Origin: a virus | Taxonomy: Duplodnaviria; Caudoviricetes | IMG/VR virus record: IMGVR_UViG_3300022693_004335 | Location: 1 to 50,888 of that record | Reading direction: 5' to 3' (one strand) | DNA length: 50,888 nucleotides | Part shown: positions 19,380-26,629 of the stretch, piece after piece | Layout: the number at the start of each line of letters is the position of its first letter | Position numbering within the stretch: the first letter of the stretch is position 1 | Made by a program: the position numbers and the translations under genes | The notes under the pieces: model-generated | What the model was told of the DNA's origin: nothing | Seen by the model: only the letters and a program-made list of their open reading frames with translations | The model's database searches: none

Positions 19380-19788
19380 TTAGTAAATCTTTTATATCAT
19401 TAGAGTTTGGAGCGCTCCCGGTAATTACATCATAGCCGCGGCTTTCTACTGCCGCTGCATAACCCATTCCGGCAACACCTATTAAAACCATTCCTTTCGG
19501 ATAATCTAACGCTACTTCATTTGCGAATGCTCGCCCTTTTTGAACACCTTCTTCTTTCCCTTGAAAGCTCTGATCGACAACTTTACCATCTTGCAAAATG
19601 ATATAACCAATCGATGCTCTTAAGTTTCCGGTTCTGTCTGAATAATTTCCCGATTGCCGGGCTCTTGTCACAAACAATTCACCTTCGTACTGAAGTGCTT
19701 GAATAGACTTATTTGCAATCTGATCAATTTGATCCTGCATATAGCCTTTCACCGCTCCTAAGTTGAACATTGGTTTTAATCCAGCCAT
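19363..19788 (-). CDS. HK97 gp10-like neck / tail completion protein
   Basis: DRTGNLRASIG and YAAAVESRG motifs; ATG at 19788 preferred. Confidence 0.75.
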   Translation of the reverse strand: MAGLKPMFNLGAVKGYMQDQIDQIANKSIQALQYEGELFVTRARQSGNYSDRTGNLRASIGYIILQDGKVVDQSFQGKEEGVQKGRAFANEVALDYPKGMVLIGVAGMGYAAAVESRGYDVITGSAPNSNDIKDLLSAINV

Positions 19789-20066
19789 ATCTCGCAATGC
19801 GTTTGATAGTTCCAAGCTCTTGAAATACCAATGAATGAACCGTTGAATTCCAGCTTATTCCCATCCAAGGCTTTTGAATTTACATCTACCTCGGTAATTA
19901 CAGGGCAATACCATTTAGCCGAATAATCGAGCGAGGTGTTACCTCCGGATTGGCTGTTTGGTTCATATCTGCCCTCTAAATCAATAGTAGTTGTTGTTAC
20001 CTCTGGTATAGGACCTTCGCCTGTTGTCTCAATCTTAATCTTTGCGGTATGCGGATAGCGTCTCAT
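19776..20066 (-). CDS. Head closure (stopper) protein
   Basis: Gene order after the adaptor; small beta-rich protein. Confidence 0.55.
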   Translation of the reverse strand: MRRYPHTAKIKIETTGEGPIPEVTTTTIDLEGRYEPNSQSGGNTSLDYSAKWYCPVITEVDVNSKALDGNKLEFNGSFIGISRAWNYQTHCEIWLD

Positions 20067-20362
20067 AGCTTTTGCCTTTTGATTGTTGGCTGACCGCTTG
20101 AATAGCGATCATCATCATACTTAAGGTATATTCTATTCGCAGCATCTTTCAAAGAACTCGCATCGTATTTAATGCTTAGGCTCCCTTCGGAGAATTCTGG
20201 CATAATTAATATCCGCATATACAAATCAGCTTCAGCTAATTCTACGGATTCGCTACCATTATAAACAGCCAAAGGGTCTACCCCTCTGGCCGTCATAACA
20301 GCAGTTTTTATGCCCTGACTAACCTCAGGAACGAGTTCATTAAGCCAGTCAGCATTGTTCAT
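20063..20362 (-). CDS. Head-tail adaptor protein
   Basis: Directly after the major capsid gene; FSEGSLSIKY hairpin motif. Confidence 0.6.
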   Translation of the reverse strand: MNNADWLNELVPEVSQGIKTAVMTARGVDPLAVYNGSESVELAEADLYMRILIMPEFSEGSLSIKYDASSLKDAANRIYLKYDDDRYSSGQPTIKRQKL

Positions 20363-20363
20363 A

Positions 20364-21659
20364 TTATGCAGATTCTACAAGTTCAGCTTCAAACTTCGCT
20401 ACTCCTTCCTCAGAAAGACTATCGATTTTCTTAGCTAATGTTGCGTCTTGCTGTGATTCAGTTGCCGGAGCAGTTTCACCAGCAGCATTGATACCCGCCA
20501 CTACAGAAGCTTTGGTATAGTCAGTACCTTTGTAGGTGTAAACTGCATCGCCTTCTGTTTGCTCATCTTCAGCAGCAGTAGCTTCTTCTGAGTTGATGTA
20601 GAAAATAGACTCTACATTCTGAAGGATTGGAAATACAACACCTTCAGCTCCGGTAGCTTCACTTACAGGATCTGTAGTACCCCACTTTTTAACTAAGATA
20701 TAGTCATTAGCTTTAGAATATTGAACACCTTCAACTGGGAATTCTTCTTCCGCAAGAGTAGAATAAACAAGGTTACCTATATTGGTCCCGGTTGTAAATA
20801 CGACCATGTCTTTTGTCCATCCCTCAGTAACGATTTTCTTTCCGTTTTTCTGGTGGGTAAATGTTCGATCAATAACAATCAAATTCATTTTAGCCTTTTT
20901 AGAAAAAACAGACTTCAGATCATCTTCTTCTAAAGTTGGAATGTTTGGATTATCTCCTGAGAATTTGTTACCCCAAGCGAATTGAGCTTTGATCTGCTCA
21001 TTATCCAGAAGATTATTCATGGTTTCGTCACTCATCCAAATCGTATTTGGATATTCGCCTTTTGCTTTAGCCGCCTTCTTAATCCTAGCAATATCACTAA
21101 GAGGTTTAGAAGTAGGATCACTCCATTTAGCAATAACACCAAACTGATTACTTTCTGGAATATCATAACTTACACGAACAGCCGTTCCTGTGTTTTCTGT
21201 CTCTGGAACAAGTGCTACTCCTCCAGATAGACCCATCAGCATTGCTTGTTCTATTTTTTCTTTGATACCGAATATACTATTCTCGGAATCTTGAAAAACT
21301 TTACGAGCTAACTCGGTCTTTCTTCCTGTGTCTCTACGTAGAATACGAAGTGTATTCATTTCCTTTTCATTCAATAAGTACTTCATACCCATTTTAGGGA
21401 TTTCTCCAGAAGCACTTTTAATACGAGATCTTGATTTCACTGGTAAAGGAGAATCGAAGGAAACAATATCAGCTGTAATTCTGGTAAAATCACCACTAAT
21501 AGAGCTGTAAGTCATATCAGCACTATACTCAGGGGTAAGAAACTGCTCATGCAGATAATTGGGAGCATCCTTAGAACCGTTTACTTTCTCGTATTGAGCT
21601 AGTACAACTGATTCCATATACTCATCAATCAGATCTTTAAATATGGATTGTGTTGCCAT
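20364..21659 (-). CDS. Major capsid protein (lambda E-like, with C-terminal extension)
   Basis: ADIVSFDSPLP, GEIPKMG and KWSD...KPLSDI motifs; follows the scaffold and decoration genes. Confidence 0.85.
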   Translation of the reverse strand: MATQSIFKDLIDEYMESVVLAQYEKVNGSKDAPNYLHEQFLTPEYSADMTYSSISGDFTRITADIVSFDSPLPVKSRSRIKSASGEIPKMGMKYLLNEKEMNTLRILRRDTGRKTELARKVFQDSENSIFGIKEKIEQAMLMGLSGGVALVPETENTGTAVRVSYDIPESNQFGVIAKWSDPTSKPLSDIARIKKAAKAKGEYPNTIWMSDETMNNLLDNEQIKAQFAWGNKFSGDNPNIPTLEEDDLKSVFSKKAKMNLIVIDRTFTHQKNGKKIVTEGWTKDMVVFTTGTNIGNLVYSTLAEEEFPVEGVQYSKANDYILVKKWGTTDPVSEATGAEGVVFPILQNVESIFYINSEEATAAEDEQTEGDAVYTYKGTDYTKASVVAGINAAGETAPATESQQDATLAKKIDSLSEEGVAKFEAELVESA

Positions 21660-22030
21660 TAGTAGTCTGGTTGATTATAAATTCCAAGAGCTTTTAAAGC
21701 ATCTAAAGAATTCTGGTTAAACTTATACTTTACAACTTCATTGTTGATGTACCCTCCGGTCATTACACCGGTAGAAGGTTTTGCTGTTCTTGTAGTAGAA
21801 CGAACAACCCCAACGAGTAAAGTGTGTTTTGAGCCGTCTGTCGGCTGCGGCTTAAATTCGCCGTCTTCTCTGATTACGCCATGACCTTCAAAAATGAATT
21901 TGTCAGCAAAGCCAGTAGTATTGAGTACTGCTCCACCTTCAAGGCCGTGAACGTATTTTTTGATAGCAACGCCGTCGATACCTTCAGAATATTCCTTTTG
22001 ATCTTCGACGCTTAAATCTAATACTGCCAT
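21659..22030 (-). CDS. Head decoration protein
   Basis: 123 aa, between the scaffold and major capsid genes. Confidence 0.6.
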   Translation of the reverse strand: MAVLDLSVEDQKEYSEGIDGVAIKKYVHGLEGGAVLNTTGFADKFIFEGHGVIREDGEFKPQPTDGSKHTLLVGVVRSTTRTAKPSTGVMTGGYINNEVVKYKFNQNSLDALKALGIYNQPDY

Positions 22031-22049
22031 TGGTAATGGTTTTTAGTGA

Positions 22050-22682
22050 TTATCCTACGATTTTGGATATTTCCTCTTTCGATGGTTTTTTAGCCCCGCC
22101 GTTTCTAGGAACTGGTAATCGCTGAGTATGCCTTGGATTCGGATCAGTATCTTCGATTACAATTGTACCACCGTCTGCTTCGAATTTCTCCTTAACGGTT
22201 TCAAATTGCTCTTCAAAATCCTTTTCTAAGTCCAATTCACTGGCGTAACCAGGTAAAATGCCTTTTGATTTGAGGAACTTACGAGCTGCTTCTTTTTTCT
22301 GAGCCGCAGTTTGTTGTTGCTTCTCAGCTTTTTGAGCTTCCAGATCCTTTTCCATTTTGGTAAGCTTTGCAAGTAATGCTTTCATAGCAGGATCTTTCGT
22401 TTGGATTTCTTCCTCTTCCTCCTCTTCTTCCTCTTCCTCTTCGCCAAAGCCATACTTCTTTTTAAGTTTTGCTTCACGAGTATCAGCAGATTTTGCAAGT
22501 CTTTTGTCAAATTCGCTTTGCACACCTTTAATTTTAAGTGCTTCGTCTAGAGTAGTAGGTACATCGAGTCCTTCAAATTCCTCAATGGTTTCGGCTTCTA
22601 TGCCAAATTTTTTAAGCTCCTCGGCTGCTTCCTTATCTTGGGCCGCTAGTTTGAGTTTCTTAATAAATTCTTTTAATGTCAT
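22050..22682 (-). CDS. Capsid scaffolding protein
   Basis: Charged coiled coil with QSEFDKR motif and a poly-Glu tract; upstream of decoration and capsid genes. Confidence 0.7.
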   Translation of the reverse strand: MTLKEFIKKLKLAAQDKEAAEELKKFGIEAETIEEFEGLDVPTTLDEALKIKGVQSEFDKRLAKSADTREAKLKKKYGFGEEEEEEEEEEEEIQTKDPAMKALLAKLTKMEKDLEAQKAEKQQQTAAQKKEAARKFLKSKGILPGYASELDLEKDFEEQFETVKEKFEADGGTIVIEDTDPNPRHTQRLPVPRNGGAKKPSKEEISKIVG

Positions 22683-22796
22683 CTTACGATCGTTTTGATT
22701 AATACGTTAGATCGTAAATATATTTAGGTGAGATGTAGTATTGCTGTGTATTGGTCCTTTGTGTGCGTAGGTGGTATGCTTTTAGGTTTGGAGTAT

Positions 22797-22824
22797 AAAA
22801 AAAAAGAGCCCGGTGAAGGCTCTT
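22797..22824 (-). terminator. Intrinsic terminator closing the accessory operon
   Basis: Minus strand AAGAGCC-TTCACCG-GGCTCTT followed by a T run. Confidence 0.8.
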
Positions 22825-22852
22825 ATACGGTTGTATAAAATCAATGTTTAGG

Positions 22853-23212
22853 CTATGGTGAGCCATTTATAAAAGATATGTAATTATTCAAATCTTCCAT
22901 AAATAGTTTGAGTTCTCGTTCGTATTCTTCTCTTGTAATTTGCTCACCCATATCACAATAGTAAGTGTAGCTATTTGTATCTAAAAAACCTTTAAAAAAA
23001 TCATTCCCAACTTCAAAATGGTGTTCCCTTGATGTTTTTTGAAAAGTAAAAGCCTGACAAGTTTCTTCATCAAAATATTCGTGTTTAATAATTTTAGCAT
23101 AAGCCCACCAAACACCATTTCTTGGGTGGTAAGAGTTTTTAGCCTTGAAGTATAAAGACTCATTTAATTCTAAATCTTTTACTTTTTTTCTCATTTCTAA
23201 ATTTTCATCCAT
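22853..23212 (-). CDS. Hypothetical protein
   Basis: ATG at 23212 (MDENLE). The longer GTG start at 23311 would read through a repeat site. Confidence 0.6.
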   Translation of the reverse strand: MDENLEMRKKVKDLELNESLYFKAKNSYHPRNGVWWAYAKIIKHEYFDEETCQAFTFQKTSREHHFEVGNDFFKGFLDTNSYTYYCDMGEQITREEYERELKLFMEDLNNYISFINGSP

Positions 23213-23280
23213 AATAAAATATGTTATTTGCGCTCGTACATCACGCACGCCTTTTTTCTTTAAAAACAGTTCCCTTCGGT

Positions 23281-23558
23281 GGGTAACACTGTATAAACAA
23301 AATACACTCACTTCAAACTGAATGCTATAAAATCGCCTCTCATATCAGTTGTAATTCCAATAAATCGCTTGCATTTGCATTTCATTCTCATATAGTGTTT
23401 ATCTTGTTTCATCCATTTTCCTTCAATCTCATCAAATGGTATTTGTCGCTCACATTCTGGACACTCGGCTTTACTTTCTGCTAGTGTTAAAATTCCGTTT
23501 GGTATAATTACTGTTTTGCTCATGTTCGTTTTACTTTTGTTATACTCGTAAATTACCC
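23281..23558 (+). repeat. attC-like site 1 with a gene in its loop
   Basis: GGGTAAC-ACT-GTATAAACAAAA ... TTTTGTTATAC-TCGTAA-ATTACCC. Confidence 0.6.
23308..23523 (-). CDS. Small zinc-ribbon protein inside attC-like site 1
   Basis: CPEC...CKC motifs, 71 aa. Confidence 0.7.
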   Translation of the reverse strand: MSKTVIIPNGILTLAESKAECPECERQIPFDEIEGKWMKQDKHYMRMKCKCKRFIGITTDMRGDFIAFSLK

Positions 23559-23752
23559 TGCGGGGCGTGTTGCTCCGCTTTTAAAATTTTTAAAGCTGAT
23601 TTAAACTTCTCCACTCGCTTAGAGTGATATTCACTTGTCGATAAAAGAACTTTTATATCCACAGTTTTGTCCTTGTGAGAATCCTGAGGATAGCTCGCTA
23701 AATGATGTGATATATGTATTTGGGATTGTACCCATTCTATGATTTCTTCCAT
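23540..23752 (-). CDS. Hypothetical cassette protein
   Basis: 70-aa ATG ORF whose stop falls in a repeat arm. Confidence 0.55.
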   Translation of the reverse strand: MEEIIEWVQSQIHISHHLASYPQDSHKDKTVDIKVLLSTSEYHSKRVEKFKSALKILKAEQHAPQGNLRV

Positions 23753-23867
23753 ATTTGTAAAATTTTAAAGACTCCCGCACCCCTTAATTTGCCCTAACGG
23801 TCTGTGTGTGCAGTGCCATTGGTTAATAATTGTATTTTAGTTAATTATAGCTTAGCAGGGTAACTAT

Positions 23868-23956
23868 CCCTAACACCGCATATCTGCAAGACGGCACAGC
23901 AATCTGCCCCTCTGTAGGGCTGCGCCCTCCAGGCAGATATACACAGACCGTTATAT
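23868..23956 (+). repeat. attC-like site 2 (compact, 89 bp)
   Basis: CCCTAAC-ACC-GCATATCTGC ... GCAGATATAC-ACAGACC-GTTATAT with an inner CACAGC/GCTGCG stem. Confidence 0.65.
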
Positions 23957-23960
23957 ACAA

Positions 23961-24051
23961 GTGGCGAATAGGTATCGAACCTATCTACGGCAGTCCTTCA
24001 ATAATTAGACTTCCTGTTTTTTATCACTGTACCTACTGTGAGTATCGCCAC
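23961..24051 (-). ncRNA. tRNA-like element without a canonical anticodon arm
   Basis: Acceptor GTGGCGA/TCGCCAC, D arm TCAC-AGTAGGTACA-GTGA, T arm ATAGG-TTCGATA-CCTAT. Confidence 0.65.
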
Positions 24052-24056
24052 CAGAT

Positions 24057-24291
24057 ATATAACTATGTATAACACAAATACACTCACTTACAATAGGTCT
24101 TTTTAAACCAATCTCTTGCTTTTTCTAGTCGTGCTAAATCTTGTCTAGCCATTTTTAATTCTTCTTTTCCTCCAACAATACCTCCTGCTATTGCAGAATC
24201 TTGATGAAAAACGCACTCTTCTAATATTTCTAAAACTAATTTTTTGCTCATAATTCGTTCATTTTACTTGTGTTATACAGTTCCGTTATCT
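24057..24291 (+). repeat. attC-like site 3 with a gene in its loop
   Basis: ATATAAC-TAT-GTATAACACAA ... TTGTGTTATAC-AGTTCC-GTTATCT; perfect 11-bp inner inverted repeat. Confidence 0.7.
24084..24251 (-). CDS. 55-aa microprotein inside attC-like site 3 (not in ORF track)
   Basis: MSKKLVLEILEECVFHQDSAIAGGIVGGKEELKMARQDLARLEKARDWFKKTYCK; start and stop contexts match those of 23308-23523. Confidence 0.65.
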   Translation of the reverse strand: MSKKLVLEILEECVFHQDSAIAGGIVGGKEELKMARQDLARLEKARDWFKKTYCK

Positions 24292-24292
24292 A

Positions 24293-24398
24293 CAGTTTCA
24301 CAACTCCAACGCGCGCTTCTTTAATTCCAATCTCACGTGATCTACATTGTGAATAAAGCCACTACCGTGGGCTATGCCTTCGCTCTGTTGTGAAACTG
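24293..24398. ncRNA. Candidate structured RNA cassette
   Basis: Perfect 12-bp closing stem CAGTTTCACAAC/GTTGTGAAACTG with internal hairpins; no ATG-initiated ORF fills it. Confidence 0.4.
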
Positions 24399-24413
24399 CA
24401 AAGCCCTTCGGGT

Positions 24414-24723
24414 AGATAACTATGTATATAATTAATGCTTAACCTTTTGCTTCTCAATCAAGGCTTGTGTTTTAAGTCGCCTACTACCAACGGATGACAT
24501 ACAGTCAAAACATTGTTTATCGCAAGTTCCTAAAACTTCTGGATTAAGAATTTCATCCTTTTCTCTTTCAGTCATATTTGTTTTTTCAAGAGCGTGGAAA
24601 GTTTCATTCCATTCGTCTATTGAAAATTCCTCGTCGCCACACATCCGTTGGCAGTAAAAATTATTGTTATTCATAATTATTTGTTTTTGAATTTCGCACT
24701 AATCATATACTTATCCGTTAGCG
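24414..24723 (+). repeat. attC-like site 4 with a gene in its loop
   Basis: AGATAAC-TAT-GTATATAATTAATGC ... GCACTAATCATATAC-TTATCC-GTTAGCG. Confidence 0.7.
24432..24674 (-). CDS. Cys-rich hypothetical protein inside attC-like site 4
   Basis: 80 aa with FYC...C and CDKQCFDC motifs. Confidence 0.7.
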   Translation of the reverse strand: MNNNNFYCQRMCGDEEFSIDEWNETFHALEKTNMTEREKDEILNPEVLGTCDKQCFDCMSSVGSRRLKTQALIEKQKVKH

Positions 24724-24927
24724 CGCATTAAATTCTGCTACTAACTTTGATGCTTTTTCTCTATTGAATTTACTTGTGCAATTTGACCAACAAATATTTT
24801 TAGTACATCCTTCAATCCATCCCCATTCTGTCCCGTCAGTGTTCGGGTGTCTGTTTGTCTTTAAACTCAATTTGTCAGCTATTGGCACTATTTCTTGTCC
24901 TGATACGTCTTTGCCTATACTTTCCAT
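24718..24927 (-). CDS. Hypothetical cassette protein
   Basis: ATG at 24927 (MESIGK); the stop codon TAA is the complement of the GTTA core. Confidence 0.65.
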   Translation of the reverse strand: MESIGKDVSGQEIVPIADKLSLKTNRHPNTDGTEWGWIEGCTKNICWSNCTSKFNREKASKLVAEFNAR

Positions 24928-24938
24928 AAAACAACGCA

Positions 24939-25069
24939 CGCTAACATTGTATATAAATCAGTGGCGTTACCGTGTCTTTTTGAACCACCTTTGCTGTTAA
25001 TTTAGTTTAAGCGTGTTTGCAATCTTACAGCTATTAATCGCCACCGCTTCATATACTTATCCGTTCAGA
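24939..25069 (+). repeat. attC-like site 5 (131 bp, non-coding loop)
   Basis: CGCTAAC-ATT-GTATATAAATCAGTGGCG ... CGCCACCGCTTCATATAC-TTATCC-GTTCAGA. Confidence 0.7.
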
Positions 25070-25101
25070 ATAATTGACCTGCGTTTCGAAACACCAAGCT
25101 T

Positions 25102-25305
25102 TCAAACCCTTTCAACATCTCTAATTTCCTCCAGTTCATTACCGGCTACCGTGTAACTCCCGATAGCTTCATATTTCTTTTCTCCGTTGATATATCCGTC
25201 GATGAAATATTCGGTGCTTTGTCCGTGTCTTTCGCATTGCTCTACTTTTTCTGGATGGCCCTGTTCGATAAGTTCATCGATTAGGATTTTAGTTGTTGTG
25301 TTCAT
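25102..25305 (-). CDS. Hypothetical protein
   Basis: 67 aa, ATGA-coupled to the upstream gene. Confidence 0.65.
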   Translation of the reverse strand: MNTTTKILIDELIEQGHPEKVEQCERHGQSTEYFIDGYINGEKKYEAIGSYTVAGNELEEIRDVERV

Positions 25306-25733
25306 TGAGTTATTTCATTTAATTTTTTGTATTTCCATTCAGTCATAAGAAAATCCGCGTACCATAGAAAAACAGTAAGTAGTAAGCTAGCTTGTTTGAT
25401 TGAATCAACGTTATGAGGCGCTAATAATGCGGATCCTTCTAGCACTCCTAAGCTGTAATTTGTTATATCCAAACCACAAGCATTACCCGGGACTGAAATA
25501 TGTTCCAAACCCCAAACACCCATTCTAACTCTAATTTGACCTTCATAAAAGGTCTTATCATAACCGTGATTCATTAACCAAATTGGTGAGAGATTGGCAA
25601 CCGCGGTATTAGCTTCTTCTTGAGATATATTAGCTTCTTTGACCAGATTTTTAAATTCTGGAAATAATTCAATATTAAATCCAGAGGCTGACAATCCGGG
25701 TGAAGGGTTGTATTTTGATATGTGATAAAACAT
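25302..25733 (-). CDS. Hypothetical protein
   Basis: 143 aa in a tightly packed operon. Confidence 0.7.
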   Translation of the reverse strand: MFYHISKYNPSPGLSASGFNIELFPEFKNLVKEANISQEEANTAVANLSPIWLMNHGYDKTFYEGQIRVRMGVWGLEHISVPGNACGLDITNYSLGVLEGSALLAPHNVDSIKQASLLLTVFLWYADFLMTEWKYKKLNEITQ

Positions 25734-25738
25734 AATTC

Positions 25739-25993
25739 CTATTTAAAAAGTTCTGTTTGATTTTCTATTTTTTGCACTGGTCTCCCGTGCTTAGGTGTTG
25801 ATTTTCCTAATTTGTAATACCCTTTCTTAATACGGACCAAAAGCTGATTCTTAACCATTCTTGAAAGCGTGTGTCCTACGTGCTTTTCAGTATTGTAGTA
25901 ATACCGGATCTGCCCGCGTTCAATGATTTCCTTTTTTGAGAGGATTGTTTCCTTGTCTGGGAAGGTTTCGAGTATTTCAGCTTGGCGGTTCAT
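25739..25993 (-). CDS. Small winged-helix protein
   Basis: TLSRMVKNQLLVRIKKGYYKL recognition helix plus wing. Confidence 0.6.
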   Translation of the reverse strand: MNRQAEILETFPDKETILSKKEIIERGQIRYYYNTEKHVGHTLSRMVKNQLLVRIKKGYYKLGKSTPKHGRPVQKIENQTELFK

Positions 25994-25994
25994 T

Positions 25995-26315
25995 TTATTG
26001 AAGTCTTAAGGCTCTAAGCCAATTCAATATTCTATTGTTTTCCCCTAATGAATAACCCCAATTTCCGGTTATCAAAAAATTTACTGGAATGCCAACAATC
26101 ATAACTACCATAACTAGTAATGCGAATGGCATGGTCAGCCTTAATAATGGATTTATACTTTTCTTTTCCTCGGTATAAAAATCCATTCCAAGATCAATAA
26201 ACCTATCAGCTAGTTCTTCTGAATCAATGTTTTTCAATTCAGGAAATACTTTTTTGAATCTTGGAATATTCCCATAGCCATGTGTCCAAGTTCTTTTTAA
26301 CTTTCTATATATCAT
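25995..26315 (-). CDS. Hypothetical membrane protein
   Basis: One hydrophobic segment, LTMPFALLVMVVMIVGIPVNFLI. Confidence 0.65.
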   Translation of the reverse strand: MIYRKLKRTWTHGYGNIPRFKKVFPELKNIDSEELADRFIDLGMDFYTEEKKSINPLLRLTMPFALLVMVVMIVGIPVNFLITGNWGYSLGENNRILNWLRALRLQ

Positions 26316-26360
26316 ATCTCTATTTTATTTTACAATTAACACAAGAGCCTTGCGCTCTAG

Positions 26361-26522
26361 TTACTTTATTCCTTTAAAATTCAAATTCCAGCCCCTTCTC
26401 CATTCTTTGAATTTTACTGATCCGTCTTTACAAGGGTTTTCCGGCTTTAGCTTCCAAGATGATTGGCAGTATTCGTTCCAAGCCTTTTGACCTTCTTGAA
26501 AAGCTTTCTCTTGAGCTGTCAT
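26361..26522 (-). CDS. 53-aa Rmf/CrpP-fold-like microprotein (not in ORF track)
   Basis: MTAQEKAFQEGQKAWNEYCQSSWKLKPENPCKDGSVKFKEWRRGWNLNFKGIK; first ORF after a TATCTTTG promoter. Confidence 0.6.
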   Translation of the reverse strand: MTAQEKAFQEGQKAWNEYCQSSWKLKPENPCKDGSVKFKEWRRGWNLNFKGIK

Positions 26523-26545
26523 AGTTTTCGATTGTTTTGATGTTT

Positions 26546-26625
26546 CAAAGATAGCAGTTAGTTTTCATTTTTTGAAAACTTTTATAGTTTATTTTACTTT
26601 TATTGAAAATACATTTGTACTTTTG
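26546..26625. promoter_or_regulatory. Divergent Bacteroidota sigma-A-type promoters of the accessory island
   Basis: TATCTTTG on minus (26546-26553) and TACTTTTG on plus (26618-26625), both matching TAnnTTTG. Confidence 0.65.
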
Positions 26626-26629
26626 AAAT

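Larger units (their letters stand above)
23281..25069 (+). mobile_element. Array of five attC-like sites with cassette-like cargo (no integrase in window)
   Basis: Alternating TAAC-N3-GYATA and TATAC-N6/7-(G/A)TT junctions. Sites at 23281-23558, 23868-23956, 24057-24291, 24414-24723 and 24939-25069. Confidence 0.7.

Noticed and set aside
22357-22698. Plus-strand poly-Ser ORF and GAR triplet repeat
   Set aside because: Antisense shadow of the poly-Glu tract in the scaffold protein.
23281-25069. CRISPR array
   Set aside because: Repeats are degenerate, alternate between two types and are irregularly spaced with whole genes between them; no cas genes.
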